Below, one piece after another: positions 38,745 through 47,242 of a DNA stretch of 64,000 nt. Origin of the DNA: Bdellovibrionales bacterium (GTDB lineage Bacteria; Bdellovibrionota; Bdellovibrionia; Bdellovibrionales; Bdellovibrionaceae). The first letter of the stretch is position 1; every line of letters starts with the position of its first letter. A program made the position numbers and the translations under genes. The DNA is taken from NCBI GenBank assembly GCA_031370005.1, contig JANMPT010000097.1, positions 83,925-147,924 on the forward strand, written 5' to 3'. The notes under the pieces are model-generated. The model did no database searches. It was not told where the DNA came from and was given only the letters and a program-made list of their open reading frames with translations.

Positions 38745-39032
38745 CTATTTAAATTCTGAAAAATAAAATGCTAAATCCTGAATATCCTGCTCGCTTAAGT
38801 TTTGTGCCAGTGGATTCATTAAGGGATCCACTCGTTCTCCCTTTTTGAATGCATGTAATTGTTTTACTAAATAATCTTTCTTTTGCCCTGCCAAGTTAGG
38901 CCACATTGGATTTGTACTTATGCCACTGACTCCATGACAAGCAATACAGTTAGCAGCTATACCAGCCATATTTTCTTTGGTTTCCGCAAAAGATTGAATA
39001 GCTAATAAAAAAATTAGAAAAAAATACTTCAT
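38745..39032 (-). CDS. Periplasmic monohaem cytochrome c (c553/c4-like)
   Basis: Signal peptide, CIACHG, WPNLAGQKKDYL, distal Met in PLM. Confidence 0.92.
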   Translation of the reverse strand: MKYFFLIFLLAIQSFAETKENMAGIAANCIACHGVSGISTNPMWPNLAGQKKDYLVKQLHAFKKGERVDPLMNPLAQNLSEQDIQDLAFYFSEFK

Positions 39033-39034
39033 AA

Positions 39035-39706
39035 CTACTCCTGCAAGGCTCCACTTTCTAACCACGATCTAATTAATTCACGATCTTCATCACTCACTTG
39101 ACTACACATTGGCATATCTTTTTTAACCACAACTCGACCCATCAGTCGATTGCGTTTTTCAAATGCTACTTTATAATCCATCCAATTAGGTAGACCCGAA
39201 TCCATACTGTGGCAAAATGTGCAATTCTTCTCAAAAATTGGACGGATATCTTTATTGTAAGTTAAAATTGGGCCGTTAACTGGCTGACTTGATTGAGCTG
39301 GAGCTGATACTGTTGGAGCTTGCTGCCTAGTCACAGGCCCTTTGAGGGCTCCTCCACTTAGCCATTTTCCAATTAATTTTCTTTCATCATCTGAAAGTCC
39401 ACCGCCTAAAGGCATATCTTTCTTCACAATGACTCGATCATATAAACGATCTCTCTTCGCAAATGCCACTGAGTAGTCTTGCCAATCTGGCAAAGTCCCG
39501 CCAGGAACATGGCAATTTGCACACGTTCTTTTAAAAATCGGTTTTACATCTGCAAAAGTCACTTCATTGGATGAGCCACTGCTCTGACCGGGCTTACCTT
39601 GAAGCCCACTATTTGAACTTGATAAGGGCATATGATCGCCATTTCCACACGCAGATAAAATCAAAACTGTGCTTGTAATTAAAATTTTTGATAACAATAG
39701 TCTCAT
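39035..39706 (-). CDS. Dihaem c-type cytochrome lipoprotein (two tandem domains)
   Basis: Lipobox LSAC; CANCH and CTFCH each followed by KKDMP...WL..GA; start ATG 39706. Confidence 0.85.
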   Translation of the reverse strand: MRLLLSKILITSTVLILSACGNGDHMPLSSSNSGLQGKPGQSSGSSNEVTFADVKPIFKRTCANCHVPGGTLPDWQDYSVAFAKRDRLYDRVIVKKDMPLGGGLSDDERKLIGKWLSGGALKGPVTRQQAPTVSAPAQSSQPVNGPILTYNKDIRPIFEKNCTFCHSMDSGLPNWMDYKVAFEKRNRLMGRVVVKKDMPMCSQVSDEDRELIRSWLESGALQE

Positions 39707-39722
39707 AACTTTCTCCCAGATT

Positions 39723-40934
39723 CTAAATCCACAGATGAAACAACACATAGGTCATGTCAACCGAACCGCGTACGGCTCCCACTTCTGTAATTCCAGGCCG
39801 AGTTGAAAATGCCTTTTCGTAACGAACATTAATGTCCATATTGCTGTTTACATAATGCTTAAATCCATATGCATACTTATAAAAAGCGTCCGCACTCCAG
39901 TTTATATCAGGAATAAATTGTTCTTGCTTGTAAACAAGAATCCAGCGAGAGGTTAACTCATAATTCAACTGTAAACTCCCGCTCAGAGAACGACTGTCCA
40001 CAAGAGCATCTGACCAAGCCGTGTCCGTCGTTGGCAAAAAATACATACTCATATTTGCGTTCAAGTTTGTATTGTTCCAGCCATGGGCCGAAACCAGTTC
40101 TGCCAAAATAGACCCGCGCACTTTTGCATTTGTATACTTATCTGTCGCAATGACTGCAAACAATGAAGCGGCTTCAAGTGGATACTTAAGTGTTTGAGTT
40201 CCTGCCGTCGTATAACTTGCGCCCATAAAAAAAGGTTCACGAAATGGATTCCATCTAAAATTTGCGAAAAAACCCCATGGGCTGTCATTTGTCGCCAGCG
40301 CACTTCCACCTGACTGAAGTCCACTTGTCAATGCGAGGTCGTAGTGAAACCGAACATCTGGATCTCCTGCAAGAGCGACTCCTCCTTCATAATCCATAAT
40401 TGTGGTTTTAGAAACTAGCCTCGTGTAAGTTCGATGCTCATCTGTTGCCAAACCAAAGGCAGGTTGGAATCGACCGAGTACTAAGTAACTCAGCGGATTG
40501 TCCTCAGGTCCCTTACCCATTGTGAACAAAATATAAGAATCCCTTAAGCCTTGATCCAACATGCCTAAACCATAAGAAGCAATCAGTGAAACTTTTTCCA
40601 CTTCAGATTCTTGATCTTTGATCACAGGAACGTGCACAGAAGGGGTTGTGCTCATTAAAATCAAGCCCTTGCGCGTGGCTGAAGGGCTTTTCGAATAAGC
40701 AATTTCAGCTCTGTAATCTACTTGAAACCATTCTTGATTTGAAAGGGCTGATGGCCAGTAATCGCGCGATCCATAGAGTTTACCTTGAATCTTTCGTATG
40801 CCACCACCAAAAGGACTTTCATGGCACATCGTGCAACTTACATAAGTGTGTTGAGCAGCATACTCAGGGCGAGCCCAAGATAAGGATAAAATTAAATTTA
40901 AAAAAATAAATATAAAAACACTATTTACTCTCAT
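39723..40934 (-). CDS. Outer-membrane beta-barrel with N-terminal haem c motif (Cyc2-like porin-cytochrome fusion)
   Basis: Signal peptide, then RPEYAAQ...CTMCH; remainder is amphipathic beta strands ending in aromatic YVLFHLWI. Confidence 0.7.
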   Translation of the reverse strand: MRVNSVFIFIFLNLILSLSWARPEYAAQHTYVSCTMCHESPFGGGIRKIQGKLYGSRDYWPSALSNQEWFQVDYRAEIAYSKSPSATRKGLILMSTTPSVHVPVIKDQESEVEKVSLIASYGLGMLDQGLRDSYILFTMGKGPEDNPLSYLVLGRFQPAFGLATDEHRTYTRLVSKTTIMDYEGGVALAGDPDVRFHYDLALTSGLQSGGSALATNDSPWGFFANFRWNPFREPFFMGASYTTAGTQTLKYPLEAASLFAVIATDKYTNAKVRGSILAELVSAHGWNNTNLNANMSMYFLPTTDTAWSDALVDSRSLSGSLQLNYELTSRWILVYKQEQFIPDINWSADAFYKYAYGFKHYVNSNMDINVRYEKAFSTRPGITEVGAVRGSVDMTYVLFHLWI

Positions 40935-41164
40935 GCGAACTTCCTACTGAATACATCTCGCTCGCTTATAGTGTGTTTGTCTTTTTTTTACAAACTAATG
41001 TAGGCGGGTTATAATAAATGTCGCTATTACAACCTTGACTTGATAAATCCGAAAAAGTTGTCAGAGTTTTGAGACAAAATGGCATTAATTTTTACTTTTC
41101 TACACCCAACTCTTTGTGCAAAATCACTGTTATTGGTCTTGATTAATCTGATGAGTCCTGGTCC

Positions 41165-43087
41165 TTACCCGAATCCAAAAGCTTTAAGACCTTGGAAAGC
41201 TCCTACCGCCAAAACATAAGCAGCCAAATTAAATATAACTAATTGGGCCATGGCGAACTTATAAGAGTTCATCTCACGAGCTGAAACTGCCACTGTTGAG
41301 GCACACTGTAGGGCAATCATAAAAAAGATGATTAAACTAACGACACTGGCAATGGTAAAAATTTTCTCTCCTTCGGAATTCACCGCCATTCCCATTTGAG
41401 TGAGCAAACTCTTCTGAGCAGATTCTGGATTCTTATCAGTGATGTTAAATGTCACTGCCAATGAAGACACAAAAACTTCGCGAGCCGCAAAAGCGGAGAT
41501 CAATCCCACCCCAACACGCCAATCAACTCCCATCGGATGAACCAGAGGTTCAATATAATGGCCCATCTGACCTGCGAAACTTTGCTCAAGCTTGTCCTGA
41601 GGGTTTTCAATGTCATAGTGAGGGAAGCTTGTCGCGACCCACATTAGGCTTGCGAAAATAAAAATCGGTGGCCCCGCTCTTTTTACATAAGACATCGTAC
41701 GAGTTAGTGACTGGCGAAGCAAAACTTTGACGCGAGGACGACGATAAAGTGGCAGTTCCATTATGAAAAATGCATTCTGTCCTTGTGGCAAAAAACGATT
41801 GATAATTGCCGCTGCAATAGCGCCGATAAGGGCAGACGCAAAGTAAAGTGCCGTTAAAGAAAGGCCAGCTCTCCACGCCGGTTGATCTTTAAAAACAAAA
41901 GATAGAAAAAGGGCATAGACTGGCAAACGCGCTGAACACGTCATCAAGGGTATAATGAAATTAGTAATCCAACGATCTCGCGCCGAAGAAATATTTCTTG
42001 TAGCAATCATTGCCGGGACTGCACAGGCAAAACCTGACAATACCGGAACGAATGAGCGACCGCTCATTCCTAGCATCGAAAAAGGTTTGTCGATCAAGGT
42101 GGCCGCCCTAGCCAGATAACCGGTGCTTTCAAGAATACCAATTCCAAAAAACAAGATAAAGATCTGTGGCACAAAGACTAAAACAGCGCCGAAGCTCGCA
42201 ACTATGCCGTTTGCTAAAAAATCAGTCCAAAGCGCCTTATCATCCAGAGAGTGCACTGCATTTGACAAAGCACTAAAAGCACCATCCACTAAATCCATCA
42301 ATGGAGTTGCAAACCAGAAAATACTAGTAAAAAGAGTTCCCATGATTAAAAAAAATAAAATTAGACCTAAAATTGGATGTAACAAAAACTGATCTAGACG
42401 TCGCGTGTTTTTCACTAACCCTTGGACCTTTTCCGCAACTTCCGCATTGGTTTGATTCATTACTTGCGAGGCCAGGATTCCGCATTCTTTGATTTTCTTT
42501 TCACTCGTTTCAAAATCCCAAATCACTGGTTTTTGAACTTGTGCGACGGTTTTAAGTCCATGCACCGCTGCTACGATTTCCTTCAATCCACCACCAAGCA
42601 ATCCCTCGAAAGGAATCACCGGGCATTGAAATTCCTTTTCAAGTGAACTCAGGTTTATTTTAATATTTTGTTTTCTCAAAAGGTCAACCATGGTGAGAAC
42701 GACTACAAATGGAAAGCCAGTTTCTCTCACGTGTTGTGCTAATTGCAAGTGACGGCCCATTTGCGTCCCATCAACTACAACAATAATAAAATCCACACGT
42801 CCTAACTCAGGGTTTGAATATAAGGCTTTTAGAGTTACTTCCTCATCCGCACTTTTTGGATGCAAGCTATAAGTTCCCGGAGTATCCATCACAAGAAGAT
42901 TTTCGTCTTCAGCAAGCCGCAAGTGTGGGGCTAGCTTTCCTAAAGAGTACTCAACCGTGGCTCCCGGGTAATTCACAGTTTTAAAGTTTGAACCCGTCAA
43001 CCAGTTATAAAGCGTAGTCTTACCAGAATTCGGGGCTCCAACAAGAGCAACACAAGGGGCCTTTACAATACCTGAATCAGTGTGCAC
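41165..43087 (-). CDS. feoB: Ferrous iron transporter FeoB
   Basis: GAPNSGKT, NYPGATVE, DTPG, FACAVP, CSARLP and AREV motifs. Confidence 0.96.
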   Translation of the reverse strand: MHTDSGIVKAPCVALVGAPNSGKTTLYNWLTGSNFKTVNYPGATVEYSLGKLAPHLRLAEDENLLVMDTPGTYSLHPKSADEEVTLKALYSNPELGRVDFIIVVVDGTQMGRHLQLAQHVRETGFPFVVVLTMVDLLRKQNIKINLSSLEKEFQCPVIPFEGLLGGGLKEIVAAVHGLKTVAQVQKPVIWDFETSEKKIKECGILASQVMNQTNAEVAEKVQGLVKNTRRLDQFLLHPILGLILFFLIMGTLFTSIFWFATPLMDLVDGAFSALSNAVHSLDDKALWTDFLANGIVASFGAVLVFVPQIFILFFGIGILESTGYLARAATLIDKPFSMLGMSGRSFVPVLSGFACAVPAMIATRNISSARDRWITNFIIPLMTCSARLPVYALFLSFVFKDQPAWRAGLSLTALYFASALIGAIAAAIINRFLPQGQNAFFIMELPLYRRPRVKVLLRQSLTRTMSYVKRAGPPIFIFASLMWVATSFPHYDIENPQDKLEQSFAGQMGHYIEPLVHPMGVDWRVGVGLISAFAAREVFVSSLAVTFNITDKNPESAQKSLLTQMGMAVNSEGEKIFTIASVVSLIIFFMIALQCASTVAVSAREMNSYKFAMAQLVIFNLAAYVLAVGAFQGLKAFGFG

Positions 43088-43299
43088 TGAGCCTCCTCCG
43101 CTCTGAGTGCTATAAAGCTGGTCCCGAATTGAATAAGTAAAGGGCCTTGCAGTGGTGCACGGCCAAGTAGTTTGATAGATTGGCCTTTATGAAGTCCCAT
43201 TTCATGAAGCCGTTCACAAATGGCAGTCGAGCCCACAATATTCGTAATTTGCAGATCAGCGAACTTAGCATGATTTTGAAAGTAATTAAAAAGTGTCAT
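43063..43299 (-). CDS. feoA: Ferrous iron transport protein FeoA
   Basis: RLHEMGL...RAPLQGP...IALRAEEA motif; upstream of feoB. Confidence 0.92.
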   Translation of the reverse strand: MTLFNYFQNHAKFADLQITNIVGSTAICERLHEMGLHKGQSIKLLGRAPLQGPLLIQFGTSFIALRAEEAQCTLIQVL

Positions 43300-43328
43300 T
43301 GCTTCTTATACGCCTCGAGCCTCCTAAT

Positions 43329-43343
43329 TGATAAGAACATTCA
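43329..43343. promoter_or_regulatory. Possible Fur-like box upstream of feoA
   Basis: TGATAAG-A-ACATTCA, 10 of 14 matches to TGATAAT-N-ATTATCA; position fits. Confidence 0.35.
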
Positions 43344-43375
43344 ACTAGCCGCCACTTGTTGATAATCCACTGAGA

Positions 43376-43510
43376 AAGCTACCCGGTCGCTTTTCCGGAC
43401 CAAATCAATTTAAATATACAGAGGCCTAAAAGAGGCTATGAGTGTTTTGTTGTGCTATGTCCAAGACTAAATTTTATTGAATTTGGTCCGGAAAAGCGAC
43501 CGGGTAGCTT
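43376..43510. repeat. 30-bp perfect inverted repeat flanking a 75-bp spacer (REP/MITE-like)
   Basis: AAGCTACCCGGTCGCTTTTCCGGACCAAAT (43376-43405) is the exact reverse complement of 43481-43510. Confidence 0.9.
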
Positions 43511-43553
43511 CTGGATCTTCAGCTAGTTTTGTATTTGGGGGTTGGACCTTCGG

Positions 43554-43580
43554 TTAAGTTTCACGACCAAATGCCGATCC
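43554..43580 (+). promoter_or_regulatory. Putative sigma28-type promoter
   Basis: TTAAG-N14-GCCGATCC, 7 nt before ATG 43588. Confidence 0.55.
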
Positions 43581-43587
43581 AAAAGTT

Positions 43588-44649
43588 ATGAAATCACTTC
43601 TTTGGTTTAGCATTTTGGCGATTTTTACCCCTTTGGCACAAGCTGAAAACTTCTATTCACCAATCTTATGCAAAATAAATGAAACCTATCTCTTCGTCCA
43701 AAACAAGAGCATTGAACCTCGTTTTTTTTGGTTTCAATCCCTGGGAGCTACCCCCTTTGCAGAATCCCATGTGGAAATCAAAGCTCAAGGGAACCTCATT
43801 CTACCCTTGCAGGAGTACTATCACGCCAATGAGACTGCAATCGCCATAAAGACCCAAGACAATTCCCTGACTTTCAAAGCCTTTTGTAAATCAAACCAAC
43901 TTACTTGGAATATAGAAGCCGCAAACTCCCCTTGGAAGAAGATCTCAGTATCCCCTCAAGACTCCGAGCTACGACTCCATTTAGCTAACCTTTCCCAGCA
44001 AACAAACACTCTAGAAATTAGTTATAAATCACAAAATAACTGGACCTCTCAGTCAGTGACCTTGCCCGAAGATTTCACATCAAGCTTCGTGGATCTAAAA
44101 CTCCCCTTTGGCACAACTTCGGTTAAAGTGCGTGGAAAAGGCCGCTGGACAGGAAAAGCTCATAATTTAAATAATCGAGAGCTTTTCTTTAAGGAAGAAA
44201 CCGTAGTTTTAGCCAGTTCCCCACCGACAAGATTTTTTTTGTTTGAATCCCAAGATCACAACAGCCGAGATAGTTTCGTCGTCCCAATAGAGAATCCAAA
44301 ACTCATTGTCGAAACGCTAAATCAAATTAAACACCCCGACCAAGCTCGTCTATTAGTGGCAAGAATCCAAAAATCTCAAAAGGCCTTAAATCGTGATTTT
44401 TCATCTGACGTAAAATCACCTTGGTCTTGGCAGGTATTGGAAGCTCAGAATTATGCTGATTTTGCACACATTAGTTGCGATGGAACTCCCGCTCTAGTTG
44501 AGGAGCGCTTAAACTCCTGGCTAACAGAAACTGGCGGTACTATTTGCTTTTGGAATTACCGTGTGGTGCGGGAGCTAACACAACATGAGGTTATGCAGTC
44601 ACAGTTGCCGTCGCGCCCTGGCCCTGAGTCTCTTCAACATAAACACTAA
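43588..44649 (+). CDS. Secreted protein with C-terminal BP74-like domain
   Basis: Signal peptide (AQA); C-terminal PWSW...ISCDGTP..VEE...GGTICFW pattern. Confidence 0.6.
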   Translation: MKSLLWFSILAIFTPLAQAENFYSPILCKINETYLFVQNKSIEPRFFWFQSLGATPFAESHVEIKAQGNLILPLQEYYHANETAIAIKTQDNSLTFKAFCKSNQLTWNIEAANSPWKKISVSPQDSELRLHLANLSQQTNTLEISYKSQNNWTSQSVTLPEDFTSSFVDLKLPFGTTSVKVRGKGRWTGKAHNLNNRELFFKEETVVLASSPPTRFFLFESQDHNSRDSFVVPIENPKLIVETLNQIKHPDQARLLVARIQKSQKALNRDFSSDVKSPWSWQVLEAQNYADFAHISCDGTPALVEERLNSWLTETGGTICFWNYRVVRELTQHEVMQSQLPSRPGPESLQHKH

Positions 44650-45079
44650 CAAAGTCCACATTATGGATGCGAAATTCTTTCATGAAATCTTCTGCCAAAA
44701 GTCTCGATAGCTGTTCCACGCTCGTATTGCTGACTGGCAATAAAACCACTTCATTAATTGGAAAAGCGTAAAAGCGCTCGCGAAAACTCACCTCAAGTAC
44801 CGCCCCTTTAGCCGTGAACTTCATATCCGGATGTTCCTTTGGAAAAATCACCATTTCATCCCAACGATCCAGAGAAATTTTAATGTATTTCTTGAACACA
44901 TTAAAATCCACAAAATACCCTGTGGACTTTAGTGACTCTTGATTTGGAATGCCAATTTCGACTCGGACCTGATAATTATGACCATGCAAACGCTCTGCAG
45001 ATTTTTCATCAAAGATTAAAAAATGAGCTGAGGAGAACTTAAAGTTTTGCTTTGCTAATTGTAAGCTGCTTCTAGACAT
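44591..45079 (-). CDS. 6-pyruvoyl-tetrahydropterin synthase family protein, PTPS-III-type motif
   Basis: FSSAH, ERLHGHNY (ExxHGH), DF..FK, TSVEQL and VEET motifs. Confidence 0.8.
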   Translation of the reverse strand: MSRSSLQLAKQNFKFSSAHFLIFDEKSAERLHGHNYQVRVEIGIPNQESLKSTGYFVDFNVFKKYIKISLDRWDEMVIFPKEHPDMKFTAKGAVLEVSFRERFYAFPINEVVLLPVSNTSVEQLSRLLAEDFMKEFRIHNVDFVSVYVEETQGQGATATVTA

Positions 45080-45096
45080 AGTATTATCGATATAAC

Positions 45097-45459
45097 ATGA
45101 AATTCGAACTCAAACAGCACTTTCATATAGAATCTGCACGCTTTTTACCTAAACTAGAGAAGTCTCATCCGTGCTCGCGGATGCATGGTCACAGCTTCAA
45201 AATTATCCTAACTCTAGTTGGCAATATTGACCCCACAACGGGTTGGGTCATGGACTATAACGATATCCAGGAAAAAATGAAACCCATTTTAACTCTAATA
45301 GACCACTGTATTTTAAATGAAGTCCCTGGGCTTGAAAACCCAACCTCGGAAATTTTAGCAAAATGGCTCTATGACAAAGCCCGCCTTGCCCTGCCAAGTC
45401 TTGTTCTAGTAAGCATTGCAGAAACCCCAACAACCGAATGTTCCTACCCAGTCGAATAA
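45097..45459 (+). CDS. queD: 6-carboxy-5,6,7,8-tetrahydropterin synthase QueD
   Basis: CSRMHGHS (CxxxHGH), GWVMDY, ENPTSE and ETPT motifs. Confidence 0.88.
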   Translation: MKFELKQHFHIESARFLPKLEKSHPCSRMHGHSFKIILTLVGNIDPTTGWVMDYNDIQEKMKPILTLIDHCILNEVPGLENPTSEILAKWLYDKARLALPSLVLVSIAETPTTECSYPVE

Positions 45460-45465
45460 TTATCT

Positions 45466-45657
45466 ATGGAAGAAACAGAAAAATTTTTTCGTTGCCCATA
45501 TTGCCATCAAAAGATCTCGATGCTCCTGGATCTTTCTGTAGATGACACACAAACCTATATTGAAGACTGCGAAGTTTGCTGCCGCCCTATCCAGATCACT
45601 TATTTAGTGGGTGAAGGCAAGCTTAGCTCGTTCATTGCAGAAAGAGCTGGGAGTTAA
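45466..45657 (+). CDS. CPXCG-motif cysteine-rich protein
   Basis: CPYC...YIEDCEVCCRPI. Confidence 0.85.
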   Translation: MEETEKFFRCPYCHQKISMLLDLSVDDTQTYIEDCEVCCRPIQITYLVGEGKLSSFIAERAGS

Positions 45658-45665
45658 AAACGAGA

Positions 45666-45695
45666 GGCTGTTCCTCTTAAGGCTGTTCCTCTTAA
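45666..45695 (+). repeat. Tandem duplication of a 15-bp unit (GGCTGTTCCTCTTAA x2)
   Basis: Two exact adjacent copies in intergenic DNA. Confidence 0.85.
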
Positions 45696-45847
45696 TTATA
45701 GAAGTTCTGTGCTTATAGTGATTTGATTTCTTTACAAATACTGAGCAATGCAATACACCGGGTTCTCGCCAAATTCCAATTCGATTTTTCCTGAGTTTTT
45801 TGGTGAGTTACCTATTGGTCTTAGAAACCTAAAAAAGTGAGTAAAAT

Positions 45848-46378
45848 ATGAAGAAATTTATGAGAATGCTTGCGTTAATAACCCTTGTTTTCACTATTAG
45901 AGCCAATGCAGAGACTCCTGAACTCTACTATATGTCCATATTCGGACCCCAAAATATTCAACCAATGCCAGTTTTCACTGTGAGTTGCCCCGACTCGAAA
46001 AGTCCAAACAATAAAACAGTTAAAGTTGATGTTTATCAATTCGAAGACGGCGTGGGAACTAATTTTATAAATAGCGTGATTGTAAATGTGATAACCGATG
46101 ACGCCACTCAATTAATTTTGAAAACTACAGATGGAAAAATACCGTCGCTCCTGATTCAAGTAGATAGAAAAAGATCTTTCGCCACAGCCCCATTTTCTTA
46201 CCCCGCAAGTATGACCTTTAATGGGGGCGGATTTGATATTTCCCATGACACTCAAGCTGTGGTAAGACAGCTAAATCCAAATTATCCTGAATTAAATGAG
46301 GCTGTGGGTGCAATACTAAGCCGTTTTATTCGAGGAAAATTGGGTGACTGTGGGATGAATCACCTGAGGCAGCTTTAG
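45848..46378 (+). CDS. Secreted hypothetical protein
   Basis: Signal peptide (ANA/E); 176 aa; no recognised domain. Confidence 0.6.
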   Translation: MKKFMRMLALITLVFTIRANAETPELYYMSIFGPQNIQPMPVFTVSCPDSKSPNNKTVKVDVYQFEDGVGTNFINSVIVNVITDDATQLILKTTDGKIPSLLIQVDRKRSFATAPFSYPASMTFNGGGFDISHDTQAVVRQLNPNYPELNEAVGAILSRFIRGKLGDCGMNHLRQL

Positions 46379-46382
46379 AAGC

Positions 46383-47213
46383 TTATTTTGTTAGGGCCTG
46401 ATTTACTTTCACGAAACGATCGAGGTTCATTTTCCCTTCAAATCGATTTGCGAATTCTTCGGTATAAATCATGATCACAGTGCTGCCCATGCGGAACATT
46501 CCAAGTTCCTGGCCTTTTTCTATTGGAATCGGAGTTTTATATTCCACAACTCGATTTTTAGACAAAGTCAGTTGGTTGCCATGGAAACTATTGTCAAAAC
46601 TCAATTCAATTTGACCCACGTTGGTCGCACCCACAAAAACCACACTGCTTGGGCCAAAATCGCTGGCAATTTCTACAATGATTCGCTCATTTACTGACAT
46701 CAGGTCATAAATATTTTCTACACTCCATTTATTCACCGGCCACAGCTCACCCGGAACATGAGTAACCTTCGTAATCAAGCCGCTGACTGGCGCATGCACA
46801 CGGTGATAATCAGTTGGACATAGATAATACGTAATGAAAAAACCATTCTGATAAATCTTGGTCGCCTCGGGGTTAGCCAGTAAATCTTGGACAAAGTAAT
46901 CCTTAGCCTTTGCTTGAATAAGACGTCCGTTATGGATGCGCCCAGACTGACTGATTTGACTGTCCGCCGGATGAACTGCCGCGGCTGCCTGAGCAAGGGG
47001 GCGGACTCCTGGTTTTAAGCGACGGACGAAGAAGTCTCCAAGGCTCGGATATTCGCTGACAGGTTTTTCAGCCTCAATCAAACTAATACTATAAATTTTA
47101 GCAAAAATACGAATACTGAACTCAACCCAAATACGGGGTCCTCTCCAGTGTACAAACTTTCCTACAAAGTAACTTAAATGATTCCGCGGCAGAAATTTTG
47201 TAATGGCTGACAT
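46383..47213 (-). CDS. psd: Phosphatidylserine decarboxylase proenzyme
   Basis: FFVRRLK, YLCPTDYHRVH, NER, VGATNVG and FRMGST self-cleavage motif; start set at ATG 47213. Confidence 0.93.
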   Translation of the reverse strand: MSAITKFLPRNHLSYFVGKFVHWRGPRIWVEFSIRIFAKIYSISLIEAEKPVSEYPSLGDFFVRRLKPGVRPLAQAAAAVHPADSQISQSGRIHNGRLIQAKAKDYFVQDLLANPEATKIYQNGFFITYYLCPTDYHRVHAPVSGLITKVTHVPGELWPVNKWSVENIYDLMSVNERIIVEIASDFGPSSVVFVGATNVGQIELSFDNSFHGNQLTLSKNRVVEYKTPIPIEKGQELGMFRMGSTVIMIYTEEFANRFEGKMNLDRFVKVNQALTK

Positions 47214-47242
47214 GGAGCATATTCTGATGCTATATCTAGCAT

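Noticed and set aside
40935..41164. GEMM riboswitch or FNR box upstream of the haem-porin operon
   Set aside because: No GEMM core found on the - strand; TTGA(C/T)-containing sites do not fit TTGAT-N4-ATCAA
43376..43510. CRISPR array or simple terminator
   Set aside because: Only two copies, in inverted orientation; no cas genes; it lies between divergent 5' ends and has a 75-nt loop
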